Below, one piece after another: positions 19,920-30,607 of a stretch of 64,000 nt of DNA (positions are counted from its first letter, which is position 1; every line of letters begins with the position of its first letter). Where the stretch lies: assembly GCA_965644495.1 (NCBI GenBank), contig CBFFSA010000001.1, positions 3,534,001-3,598,000 of the forward strand. Reading direction: 5' to 3'. The notes beneath the pieces are model-generated. The model was not told the origin of the DNA and searched no databases. It saw only the letters and a list, made by a program, of their open reading frames with translations. Both the position numbers and the translations under genes were made by a program. The stretch is from Perkinsela sp. CCAP 1560/9. Lineage: Eukaryota; Protista; Euglenozoa: Kinetoplastea.

Positions 19920-22865
19920 ATGCCTGTGAGGCGAACCTGTAGAAAACGGAGCGAAGACAACAGCAAGCCGAAAGCAGAGAAGCGTCTCCGATCTGATATG
20001 GATTCATTGGATTTATCCCCGTACGTACGAGTTATTCCGTATGCTAAAACTGATGCAGTGTGCACCACTCCGGAGCTAGGAATCACGTCGTGTGAAAGTC
20101 ATCAAAAAATCATCGAAAAATCTGAATCCTACTTGCGTTGCCTTTTCACGCATCCTGACACATTGCTTTACTTTCCTCCTCCCAGACCAGCAAATTTTTG
20201 GGATGACGTTTTAGAGCAAGTGTCAAAAACGGCGGAAGGCTACTTAGCGCAAATCAATGGGCAAGAAAAGATGCACTCCGCACTCTGTATATCCGCTCAG
20301 CGTCGTGTTGAGGCGTCTAAAAGGAAACCTGTGGAGCGTGCTGCTACACAGAAAAGAGCTATTAATCACGTGGCACGTAACCTGTGCGAGGCCTCTAAAG
20401 AATTCTGGGCTCCACTTCGCGCTGAGGCCCAGAAACAATGTACCAAAGCCATTAAAATAGTAAAAGAAAGGGAACTTCATGAAAGACAACTCAGGGCGCT
20501 GGAAGCTACTGAAGCGTTGGTTCGCACACGCAGTTCGCTTCACTTGGGTATGGGTAGAACGGTTCCACCCCTAAATTTACTTGAGGAAGTATCCACTGGA
20601 TTGCGAGGCTATCAGAAGGTTGGTGTTGAATGGCTTATATCCTTACATGACCAATCATTAAGTGGTATATTGGCCGATGAGATGGGTTTAGGAAAGACAA
20701 TACAAACCATAGCATTTTTTGCATTTCTTGCGGAGCATCGTCAAAATTGGGGACCTCACCTCGTTGTTGTTCCTATGAGCGTGCTACTAAATTGGGAGAG
20801 TGAGTTCAAACGTTGGGCTCCGTCGCTAGAGGTGCTGAGCTACTATGGAACCACTGCACGCCGAGCTCAGCTGCGAAAGGGGTGGAGCGGAGATTGGGCT
20901 GCGAACGTCGTACTAGTCTCGTACAACACTATTTTATCAGATCAAGCCCGGTTTCAGAGACGACGTTGGCGATATCTGGTTTTAGATGAAGCACATGGTA
21001 TAAAAAATTGGGAGTCTCAACGTTGGCAAGTATTATTAAATTTGCATTCTGAAAATCGACTTCTTCTTACGGGAACTCCTTTGCAAAACAGCGCCATGGA
21101 ATTATGGTCTTTGCTGTATTTCCTAATGCCAGACTCTAATATATTTGATAGCCATGACGACTTTCAAGCGCTGTATGGCAGTTTGACTCCTCGTCCTGAG
21201 GAAATTCGAAGATTGCATGACATACTACGCCCATTTATGTTACGTCGGCTGAAAAGTGACGTCGAAAAACAGCTTCCGAGGAAATTTGAAAAGGTTATTC
21301 TATGTCCATTGTCTCAGAAGCAGCGTATGATGTACAATGATTATATGCGACTTGATGAAACGAAAGAAATGCTTGCTTCGGGCAACGCTTTAGGTATTCT
21401 AGCTGTTCTAATGGGGTTACGAAAGGTATGTAATCACCCTCGTTTATTTGCAGCGAGAACAGCAGACGTTCCATACGTAATGTCGCCTTCAGTACTTGCA
21501 CAATACCGTTGCTGTTGCGAAAGACTGCACGGGATGGCGAGTACGAAGGATATACTCCTTCAACTGTCATCAACAAGAAATATCCTGTATCATCCTTTGT
21601 CTTGGTTGTACCAAGAAGAAGCTCATTCTCCTCCCAAGATACCAGTTGAGAGCTATGATATTAGTAAGGTAGAGGAATTAGCATGTGAAACATTACATTT
21701 TCCTTTCACGCATCCAGAACTTGAATCATATGTTGATGAATACAAATCCCGAAAAAGGCAAGAACGGGAACTACGCTCTTTAGCATCGCTGAAACGCTCT
21801 GCTGATCACTTTCGTTTGATTAACATATGGGACGCACCTCCCCGCATGTTTTTTTCTTGCACACAAAAGGTCATGTTTGGGGATCGAAATCTTTGTAGCG
21901 TTCCCTTGATTCACGGTGATCACGACGTGGCACGCGAAATCTTCCCACTGTTAGATCAAATACCAGTTACACATAAGCGGTGCATAGCATCGAATAGTTT
22001 CGCTATGGGCTCTTCTAAAATTGTAGAAGCGGAAAAAATGAAATTTGATCCGCTGAATTGTGCACACCAATTTCGACAAGAAATTTCACGGCGACACTGC
22101 TTGGAAGACCCCGGCACTCGTGGTTTGATTTTTGAATCAGGAAAGCTCCAGGTGCTATCAATTTTGCTGCCTCAATTGCATGCCCAAGGTCACAAATGTC
22201 TCATTTTTACACAGTTTACCAAAGTGCTAGATATTCTTCAGGAATTTCTTACGGGTCTCACTCTTCCATATGTCCGGCTTGACGGAAAGACACCAGTCCG
22301 AGATAGGCATCGTTTAGTTACCCGCTTTAATAATAATTCACGCATTTTTGCTTTTATTCTTTCTACCCGAAGCGGAGGTCTCGGGCTAAACCTTACAGCT
22401 GCAGATACAGTTGTGTTTTATGACAGTGATTGGAATCCCACAGTCGATCTCCAAGCTCAAGACCGTTGTCACCGCATTGGACAAGCTCGAGATGTTACAA
22501 TTTATCGTCTAGTCTCTGAACATACTGTGGAAGAACGTATTCTTCTTCGTGCGCGACAAAAGCGACGACTAAATCATCTAGTCTTGCGTACCGGCCGTTT
22601 CGATACCCTCGACCCTCAGGAGTGGTCCAGCGACTTTGGCGTAGAAGACAAAGACTCAGCCTCAGTGTTGGATTTCTTTCAAGACTTTCCCGGAGTTGAA
22701 GACGGGATGGAGAAAGCTGAGCGAAGAACTCACTTCGAAGACTTGCTCAGGCAAGTTGAGGACATGGAAGATCAAGATATTTCAACGTCTGCGCAAATAT
22801 CTTCTCCTTTTCTCGGTGTTTTGTCACGCTACGGACTACGTTTATTGTGTGAAAATAGTTTATGA
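19920..22865 (+). CDS. SWR1: SWR1/SRCAP-type SNF2 chromatin-remodelling ATPase
   Basis: ILADEMGLGKTIQTI, WGPHLVVVP, LDEAHGIKN, RKVCNHP, long split-ATPase insertion, SGKLQVL, DSDWNP..DLQAQDRCHRIGQ. Confidence 0.88.
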   Translation: MPVRRTCRKRSEDNSKPKAEKRLRSDMDSLDLSPYVRVIPYAKTDAVCTTPELGITSCESHQKIIEKSESYLRCLFTHPDTLLYFPPPRPANFWDDVLEQVSKTAEGYLAQINGQEKMHSALCISAQRRVEASKRKPVERAATQKRAINHVARNLCEASKEFWAPLRAEAQKQCTKAIKIVKERELHERQLRALEATEALVRTRSSLHLGMGRTVPPLNLLEEVSTGLRGYQKVGVEWLISLHDQSLSGILADEMGLGKTIQTIAFFAFLAEHRQNWGPHLVVVPMSVLLNWESEFKRWAPSLEVLSYYGTTARRAQLRKGWSGDWAANVVLVSYNTILSDQARFQRRRWRYLVLDEAHGIKNWESQRWQVLLNLHSENRLLLTGTPLQNSAMELWSLLYFLMPDSNIFDSHDDFQALYGSLTPRPEEIRRLHDILRPFMLRRLKSDVEKQLPRKFEKVILCPLSQKQRMMYNDYMRLDETKEMLASGNALGILAVLMGLRKVCNHPRLFAARTADVPYVMSPSVLAQYRCCCERLHGMASTKDILLQLSSTRNILYHPLSWLYQEEAHSPPKIPVESYDISKVEELACETLHFPFTHPELESYVDEYKSRKRQERELRSLASLKRSADHFRLINIWDAPPRMFFSCTQKVMFGDRNLCSVPLIHGDHDVAREIFPLLDQIPVTHKRCIASNSFAMGSSKIVEAEKMKFDPLNCAHQFRQEISRRHCLEDPGTRGLIFESGKLQVLSILLPQLHAQGHKCLIFTQFTKVLDILQEFLTGLTLPYVRLDGKTPVRDRHRLVTRFNNNSRIFAFILSTRSGGLGLNLTAADTVVFYDSDWNPTVDLQAQDRCHRIGQARDVTIYRLVSEHTVEERILLRARQKRRLNHLVLRTGRFDTLDPQEWSSDFGVEDKDSASVLDFFQDFPGVEDGMEKAERRTHFEDLLRQVEDMEDQDISTSAQISSPFLGVLSRYGLRLLCENSL

Positions 22866-23132
22866 AAAGGCGTTGATTAAAGAAGTTCGTGCAGCCTTCA
22901 TTGAACAGAGGTTTCAGTTGATATTCGCTCCGTAAAAAATCGAATGTTTTCCTCGGTTTTGCTTATTTTAAACTTCTTACTTCTGTGGGTAGTATGTTTT
23001 GCGCAGGGGCGAAAGATGTAAAAAAAATCTCTTTATCTCTAGAGACAGCGTATGTAGAAATCTTCAAAAGTGTATTACAAGTATATTACAGGTTAAAAGG
23101 GTATTTTAGTTCATATAATTTCGCCTTTGAGC

Positions 23133-23912
23133 ATGTCGCTTTATTGTCATTATGTGACATTCAGCGACAGCACTATCAGCCGTTCACGTTTAGGGAAAGC
23201 CAGGGCATCACTTCCGCAGGAATACAACCTCGCGCGATGCATACAAGGTATTGAGAATCCCAGAGATTCGTGGAACGTTAATACAACAGCTTGCAGTTGG
23301 GAAGGTATCGCCTGTGATGAAAATCAGAAAGTAGACAAATTCCGTTTTTGGGGGTGGCAAATACGAGGTTATTTGGAGTGGGCTTATTTACCAGAGACGT
23401 TAAAGGTCGTGGACGTCAGTGACAATAAATTGTTGGGACCGCTGTGCATTGAACAGCTTCCACGCGCGCTGACTCGACTATCTGCTTACATTAATTTGTT
23501 GTCTGGTAGCCTTAATCTGTGCGAATTTCCTAATACAATGCTCTCTGCTTTTCTTTACAGAAATAATTTTTCAGAATCCATTGACTTACGTTGTCTCCCT
23601 CAAGGCATGCAGTGGTTATCCATAAGGTCTAATTTTCTCACAGGAATGCTCAATTTAACTGAGTTGCCGGTCACGATGTACGACATTAACGTTTCAACCA
23701 ATTTCTTTCATGGTGCAGTTACCTTAGATTGCTTACCACTCAGCATGGAACACATTGATTTGTCAAACAACCCTGATCTGACAGGAGTGTGTAATCCTTC
23801 CCTGCTACCGACGAATTTGCGTCATAAACGTGTCGGGTGGTTTCGGTTTGTTTATACTGTTGACGATACAGCCGTCCTTTTTGAGAACACTGAAATCAAA
23901 GTGGTCGAATAG
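23133..23912 (+). CDS. Small LRR protein (paralog 2)
   Basis: SRLGKARASLPQEYNL...SWNVNTTACSWEGIAC followed by LRRs. Confidence 0.85.
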   Translation: MSLYCHYVTFSDSTISRSRLGKARASLPQEYNLARCIQGIENPRDSWNVNTTACSWEGIACDENQKVDKFRFWGWQIRGYLEWAYLPETLKVVDVSDNKLLGPLCIEQLPRALTRLSAYINLLSGSLNLCEFPNTMLSAFLYRNNFSESIDLRCLPQGMQWLSIRSNFLTGMLNLTELPVTMYDINVSTNFFHGAVTLDCLPLSMEHIDLSNNPDLTGVCNPSLLPTNLRHKRVGWFRFVYTVDDTAVLFENTEIKVVE

Positions 23913-25240
23913 TTTGCAAGTATCACACAAGATTTCTAAGCGGTGAAACTTTCGGCATTGAAGTGGTGTGGTACTTACCCCCTAGTAATAGACCGGTGGA
24001 TTATCATCCAGCGCACCATTTTTTTTAGATTATCATATCCAGTGCACCAAAAGTCTATTTTTGGAAATTCGTTGCTAGTTCTATTCTATCAATATTTATA
24101 TTGTATACTCTAATTGTTCTTTTCTTTATTCCTCATGTCAAAATATCAGGGCCGGGCAAAGGGACAGAGTCACCATTCAAGAGATGTTTGAGGCAGGCGC
24201 AACACGGCGTGAGATCGTCACGGTAAATCCCGTAGCACCATTAGCCATGGGCTGGCCCGTAACAAGAAACGGGGTCGGCGTTACGAGGCCAGCCGCGCAC
24301 ACAGAGTGTCAAAGCGTCGCCTGGTAAGTAAGGGTGTGCGTCCCTGCCTTATCCGTGGGCCTGTGGAACGAGACAGAATTTTCGAACATGAAAGAGTGAA
24401 TAAAAAGTTCGTTGCAATTCATATTTTTGCGCTCCGTACCATTCATGGGAAAAGGGGGCGGTGGAAAACATGAATGGTCTAATTCATCAACACCGCAAGG
24501 CGACCGACTCATTTGATTCTCTCAGCCTCACGGAGGTCACCAAGACAGCAAGAAAGTTGAACAAGCGGCCGAGGAAGGTTTTGTGGTGGGAATGTCCGAA
24601 GAATATCAAAAACCTGTTTGTTAAAGTTTGAAGAGTGACGTTATGTAGGTAAGTAGAAAGTAATAGTACAAAAGTAGAGTATTGAGGGAGATACGGTGAG
24701 TAACTAACTCGCTTACCAAGGTTAATTCCACGAGCCCAAAATCGGCATAAAACGAGCACAAAAACGATTTTTTCAAAATTTTAAAAACAGAGGTATGGCT
24801 CATCATCAATCTCTGTAATTCTCCAAAAATGAAAAAAATCGAGTACAGTCCGCCGTTTTTAGAACGCTTTTACCGAAAACGAGACTCGGAATGCGGCTCA
24901 GAAACGGACATTTCAAATCCGAAAAAAACACGAAGATGCTTGATTATGTTCCCAAAATTGACAGACTACAGCTGTATCAAAGCTTGGGGAATATTTTTGA
25001 GCTCCTAAACTAACTTCCAGGACTATCTTTTTTTTTTTGAAACTCATTTCACTCGCCGACGGCATGACAAATGAACGAAAAAAAAGTATAATTTTTTCGG
25101 CCCTGAAAAAGTGGCCAGCTGGCCACCACCTGGAAAAATGGCCAGCTGACTACCAAAAAATACAGTTTGCATTTCGTATACGTAAGATGAATGGCGACGT
25201 CCAAAAAAAGTCGCAAGCTCGCCAACTCCTGCACGAAAGG

Positions 25241-25621
25241 ACAGCTGGCCACTTTTTCAGTGGGTGGCCAGGTGGCCACTTTTTCACAGGGCGACCAGGG
25301 GGCCACTTTTTCTTAGGGTGGCCAGGTGGCCCCTTTTTCAGAGGGCGACCAGGTGGCCACTTTTTCAGAGGGTGGCCAGGTGGCCACTTTTTCTTAGGGT
25401 GGCCAAGTGGCCACTTTTTCAGGGGGTGGCTAGCTGGCCACTTTTTCAGGGGGCGGCCAGGTGGCTACTCTTTCAGTCGGTGGCCTGCTGGGTACTTTTT
25501 CAGGGGGTCGTCATCCGGCCACTTGTTTAGGGTGTGGCCAGCTGACCACTTTTTCAGAGGGTGGCCAGGTGGCCACCTTTTCTTAGGGTGGCCAGGTGTC
25601 CACTCTTTCACAGGGCGACCA
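25241..25621. repeat. 27-bp tandem array (~14 units)
   Basis: Unit ~GGTGGCCACTTTTTCAGAGGGTGGCCA. Inverted copies at ~25100-25160. Confidence 0.92.
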
Positions 25622-26502
25622 ATCCAAAAAAATCCAAATCATTCCGGATTGCTCCGGATGGGCACTGGCAAGCCAGACCCTTCACCGACAGATTTGGAAG
25701 TTCCGAGGCCGACGTCCTCTACTAGTTTCCGCTTGTCCAAAGCGGCACCAACGTGCTGTTGCCAACATGCTGCGTCGACGAACTGTACGTCAACACGGCT
25801 TACCCAAGAGGTGTAAGCCGGGTAAGGGAGCTGGTTTCCTGAGGGGAGGGTCCGGGACGGTCCTCCGAGTACTGGGCCTAGTCGGTTCTCAGCCCAGCCT
25901 CTTAGAGTGAGGCCGCCGGGAATATTGCGATGAGCGGGTTTGAACTCGCCGTCTGAGCACCATGTGCTTCAAACTTTGAATTCTTGCCATTCCGCCACCT
26001 CCGCGGTCCCAATCACCACGGTCCCAATCACCAAAATCAACATTTCCAAGCAAAAATTCGAATCCACGAAAACGGAAATGGAGAGCGGTCGGGGGACAAA
26101 AAATACATTTATGCGACCCCAACAAGGGGGCATCCGCCATTACTCCAAAACATCCCCGAGGCTCTACAAAGAAGCAATCTGCTTCATCTCACAAACACAG
26201 CTTGAATTCAGACCTCGCGAACCAGTGGCCCACTGTTAAGCAACTTCGTACGTAAGCCGTTTCGTTGTCGCGTTCGGTCGTTGCGGTGATTGGTCAGAAA
26301 ATAACCCATTTCAACTCGTCCACCACGTAAAACGCTGAAATGCGCAGGGGAATTGCCAAACTCGTCTTCCGCACGCAATTGCGTTGCTGAAACAGGGTCC
26401 AGCAAACAGGCACCGTCAGGGATATGCTTTACGAGAGAGGCTTGATCGTCCCTGCGTTGTTCTGTGTCGAAATCTTGGCGTGCTTTCAAACTTGTGCGTT
26501 CA

Positions 26503-26640
26503 GTGGGCGACCAGGTGGAACTTTTTCGCCACTTTTTCACAGGGCGACCAGGTGGCCATTTTTTCAGGGGGTGATCTGGCCACTTTTTAGGGTGTGGCCA
26601 GATGGCCCCTTTTTCGGAGGGTGGCCAGGTGGCTATTTTT
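26503..26640. repeat. Continuation of the 27-bp array (~5 units) after a ~880-bp interruption
   Basis: Same GGTGGCCA-TTTTT-CAGGG units. Confidence 0.85.
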
Positions 26641-27854
26641 TACTGATTGATAAGACGAAAGTGTTTTACGAAGTTTAAGACGAGACTGATTGATTTTACT
26701 GATTGATAAGACAAAACTGTTTTTGTAGAATCCAGGTATAAAGGGAATTCAAGTATAAAAGGCGAGTGAGATACGAAGCAACAGATGTAGCAGATTCCCA
26801 CTGAAAAGAAATCGTATCTCCCTGCACGAATTTGGCTCCAAGCTAGCAAGCGCATAGGCATTTCTCGTGCAGGGAGAGACGATTTCTTTTCAGTGGGAAT
26901 CTGCTACATCTGTTGCTTCGTATCTCCCTCGCCCCTTTATACCTGGATTTCTGAAAGGTCCAGACTACTGCTTTGTTTCTCACCAATATGCTTGTTTAAT
27001 GCTGCTTTATCATTTTTGATTTTCCAAGTCATTTTTTCTGATGTCTAATGCCAGTTTCATGTAGAAATTTATACCAATCATTTTGTTATCCAATAAAGTC
27101 CATTTTTTTATAAATATTCTTGGTGAACTGGATATGAAAAAATGTTTGACACCTGTGAACGGGCTTCTTTTTCATCTTTTTTGGTGCACTGGATACGCGA
27201 AAATGTTGGTGCACTGGATATGATAATCCGTGACCCTTAGTAACGAGGATTTGACCCTTTTTGGGCCGACCCCCAGTAACAATGATTTGGGTTGGGAGCG
27301 TGGTTGGACGGGCACGGATGGCGTATATATACAGTTGTAGTTGCCTGGTTGACATACCTGTAGTATGTTTTGCCTTATCGTGAACAAGGGTAGGTGACAT
27401 ATCTTCCCCCCTGGAGTTTCGGCAATTAGGGTAAAAGAAAATTTTGCTGTCGTTTATTGTGCTGCTGTTTCTTATTTCATTTTTTCCTGTTTTTCTACAT
27501 ACAAACTCAGGACTTCGTTTCTATACAGCGGGATATGCAGCAGAAAAGTCATGTAAACTTGAAAAAATGAACTTCATTTTTTTGATAAATTGAAGTGCCA
27601 ATTTTCACCACAGTTTTAACTAAAATCACATGATGATTGCTCTTGTAGTGATTCGTTGAAATGATACAACTTAACCCACAATTCGCTGAATGTATGAAGG
27701 TCTCTCATAGTTGGATAATGCATAATTTTCCTTTAGACGATGGTTCTCATAAATTTTACGTGTGTACGTGTGTGCGTATCTGATACAATTTCTTTAAATT
27801 ATACACACTTCGAACTATTCAATAAAAAAGTCTTTCATAAAAGACCCGAATTGT

Positions 27855-29510
27855 ATGCAACTGTCCCACCTATGGGACAATTTGAGTTTACTTGCGGACT
27901 ACACGTTGAATCGTTTGGATTTTTCAAGCGGGGCGAATGACATAGTTGTCATACAGGATACACGAGGTCTTCTTCGTTCCACTCCATTTCACATTCGCTT
28001 TGGAAGGTGGAAACGTTTTGGGTCACAATCTAAAAGAGTGAGTATTGAAATAAATGGTTCACCAGTGGATATGTCTCTTTATCTTGGTGAGGATGGATAT
28101 TGTTACTGGCTTTCACCGGACTCTTCAGTTATTGATAACAATGAAGATCCTATTTTTGGGATACCTGTACTTGGTAGTCCGCGCGGCATAGAAACCTACG
28201 AGAGTGGGTGGAACAATAAAGCAAGAAAATCTTTGTTTCCTACTGAGTGTGTTTTACGCGAACTTGCTCCTCATGAAGGCAAAAATGTAATTCGATTTTT
28301 GTTAGATCGTGACTCGAATACTTGTCGTGATATCACTGCCAATATTTTTCGGTGGAGAGAAGACGCCCAACTTGTTATCAGTGACATTGACGGTACGATC
28401 ACTAGAAGTGACATTTTGGGGCATATTCTTTCAGGGGTCGGTAAGGATTGGACTCGGCAAGGGACGTGTGCATTTTACCAGCGTGTTGCTCGCAATGGAT
28501 ATCATTTTATTTATCTCACTTCACGAACCTTGGGTCAGCAAGGACAAACGAGAAAATTTTTGACGAACGTTAGACAAGGAGATCGCGGCCTTCCCGATGG
28601 GCCTGTTGTCGTAGCACCGGATCTTTTCTTTTCCGGGTTTCAACGAGAAGTGTATCATCGGCCTTACGAGTCAAAAATAGCTCTACTTCAATCACTTGGC
28701 CGGTGCTTTCCCAAAGGTTGTCATCCTTTTTCCGCCGCGTTCGGCAATACAGTTAGTGATGTGGTTGCCTATACATCTGTGGGGATACCTTCATCACGCA
28801 TTTTGATTTTAACGAAATGGGGAACAGTCTTATTAGGAGGTGTTGAGTCTTCATATGTCGATTTAAACGAATTGGTTGAATTGCTTTTTCCTCCACTAGT
28901 AGCTGATAGTCGTTGTATCGGCTCGCCATTTTTTAATTCGTACCACTATTGGCGAATGCATTTGTCGTCAGCATGTGCATCGGAGTTTTTGAAATTACAT
29001 ACGAATGAAACAGTGCAAGAAGGTTCTAACAAACTTTTTTCTAGTACAGATTGTCTCCCCGGTACCTACCTATTGCGCAATGCGCACTGCGACGGCTTTA
29101 TGGCTTTGCACCAAGCAGAGTCTTCCCAAGAAATATCAGCCATCGTTGTGAGTGCAAACACAGCATCGAAATCAGGCCTTGTGAAAGCGGCATGTCTGTG
29201 GTATCTTCAAAAATGTTCAGAAGACTCATCATTGCCCCGTCATTATCTAATAAACTGTATAAGCCGACATAAGCTTTCCCTCTCTTCACACGATGGGCTA
29301 GTAGGAGACTTTCCGGAGCAGCCATCATTGAAGTATCATGTAGAGCATTTCTCAGACCGCAAGGCACTTCGTTTTTTGGATGCCAAAGGAAATGCCCTCG
29401 CAGTTGACAAAACAATGTGTGTTGTGCAAAAATCTCTAAATGAATTGTATCATCCAGATGCGGCTTTGTGGGCGTTGGTTCCAATCACAGTGGACGAAGG
29501 CAGCGCTTAA
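27855..29510 (+). CDS. PAH1: Lipin/Pah1 phosphatidate phosphatase with extra C-terminal domain
   Basis: N-LIP (SGANDIVVI...STPFHIRFG); HAD motif SDIDGTITRSDILGH; YLTSR, LPDGP, AAFGNTVSD. Confidence 0.9.
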   Translation: MQLSHLWDNLSLLADYTLNRLDFSSGANDIVVIQDTRGLLRSTPFHIRFGRWKRFGSQSKRVSIEINGSPVDMSLYLGEDGYCYWLSPDSSVIDNNEDPIFGIPVLGSPRGIETYESGWNNKARKSLFPTECVLRELAPHEGKNVIRFLLDRDSNTCRDITANIFRWREDAQLVISDIDGTITRSDILGHILSGVGKDWTRQGTCAFYQRVARNGYHFIYLTSRTLGQQGQTRKFLTNVRQGDRGLPDGPVVVAPDLFFSGFQREVYHRPYESKIALLQSLGRCFPKGCHPFSAAFGNTVSDVVAYTSVGIPSSRILILTKWGTVLLGGVESSYVDLNELVELLFPPLVADSRCIGSPFFNSYHYWRMHLSSACASEFLKLHTNETVQEGSNKLFSSTDCLPGTYLLRNAHCDGFMALHQAESSQEISAIVVSANTASKSGLVKAACLWYLQKCSEDSSLPRHYLINCISRHKLSLSSHDGLVGDFPEQPSLKYHVEHFSDRKALRFLDAKGNALAVDKTMCVVQKSLNELYHPDAALWALVPITVDEGSA

Positions 29511-29671
29511 GTGAACAGGAAATACGCCTTTCTTTTCTTACATTACTCGAAAGTACATCGAGCACGGTAGATGTAACTTTTGTAGACCTTTTTAGAACAA
29601 GCTTAAAGTTATTTTTCTATCATACCAGCGATTTTAATTTAGATTTTTAGTGTATTTTATCTTGATTTGTT

Positions 29672-30295
29672 ATGAGCAATTCTTCATTGGAAGAAACGAC
29701 TGCGAGTATTACTCACTTAAATCTCTCTAGAGAAAGCACACCGGGTGAGGTATCCCACACAGAATATTCTCCTATAAAAGACTACGAGAACGGGGAAGGG
29801 TTTCATGTTTCAGAGTTTAAGAGCTCTGAAGTAGAGCCTGAAACTAGAATCCAAACAAGTAGCCCTCTCTCCGTTAAAGGATCGGAAACTCCAACTCATG
29901 CGACAAAAACGAAAGCTGACTTTCTGTCTGATTTTGAAAAATCCACTCAACAGCGTTTGGCGCAGCAGGCCTCGGCTGAGCAAGCTCAACTGTTACATCA
30001 GGAGGAGCAGGCACGAATATATCTGCTGAAGCACGAGGAGGATCGAAAGGCACTGACTGCCCAGCGTCGTGCGATGCATGAGTCTGCGGGTTGCTATGAC
30101 ACGCCATGTGATCCCACGCCTGCTCAAACGGGAACGCCTACCTGGGAGAGGGTGTCCCAATTAATTGATTTTGGGAAGCTGAAAAGTCGAGAAAATGTGA
30201 ACGCACGTCGCATGGAACAAATCTTGCGTTCGCTGACGAAACCAGGAAAAGGGACCTCCCCGACGCACTCTTCTCCTACCAGCCCGACACGTTAA
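29672..30295 (+). CDS. CLC: Clathrin light chain
   Basis: Acidic N-terminus, central helix, C-terminal PTWERVSQLIDF...RRMEQILRSL pattern. Confidence 0.7.
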   Translation: MSNSSLEETTASITHLNLSRESTPGEVSHTEYSPIKDYENGEGFHVSEFKSSEVEPETRIQTSSPLSVKGSETPTHATKTKADFLSDFEKSTQQRLAQQASAEQAQLLHQEEQARIYLLKHEEDRKALTAQRRAMHESAGCYDTPCDPTPAQTGTPTWERVSQLIDFGKLKSRENVNARRMEQILRSLTKPGKGTSPTHSSPTSPTR

Positions 30296-30607
30296 GCTGT
30301 ACATTGGCATAGTTTGTGATCGCTTGAACTTCTATTCTGACTTTCTATAAATTCCCTATTTTTTATGTAATTTTTCCTCTGCACGCTTCGTTCTGGAAAA
30401 ACAGAAGCGTTCTCTTATACAACCTCATTCTCCATTCGACAGCCTTCATACCCAACTCAAACCTCATCCATTCTTGTCCAATACCCGTACCTCTTTTCAA
30501 CTCGTTTCAACACACACAAAACCAAACCATTTCCCTCCCTCTCCTCTTTCCCTTCCTCTTTTATACTCTCTTCCTCCCCCACCCCCACCCCCCCTCTCCC
30601 CTCCCCC

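Larger units (their letters stand above)
24684..26949. mobile_element. GAGGGAGATAC-family element, copy 2, containing 27-bp tandem arrays
   Basis: TATT-GAGGGAGATAC at 24684. Nested hairpin 26729-26949 with ~70-bp arms, homologous to the hairpin at 15979-16124. Confidence 0.6.
23998..27230. mobile_element. Degenerate TIR element hosting further insertions
   Basis: GATTATCATATCCAGTGCACCAA (24028-24050) is inverted at 27206-27228, with a second partial copy at each end. HTH-like remnant RVTIQEMFEAGATRREI near 24165-24215. Confidence 0.55.
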
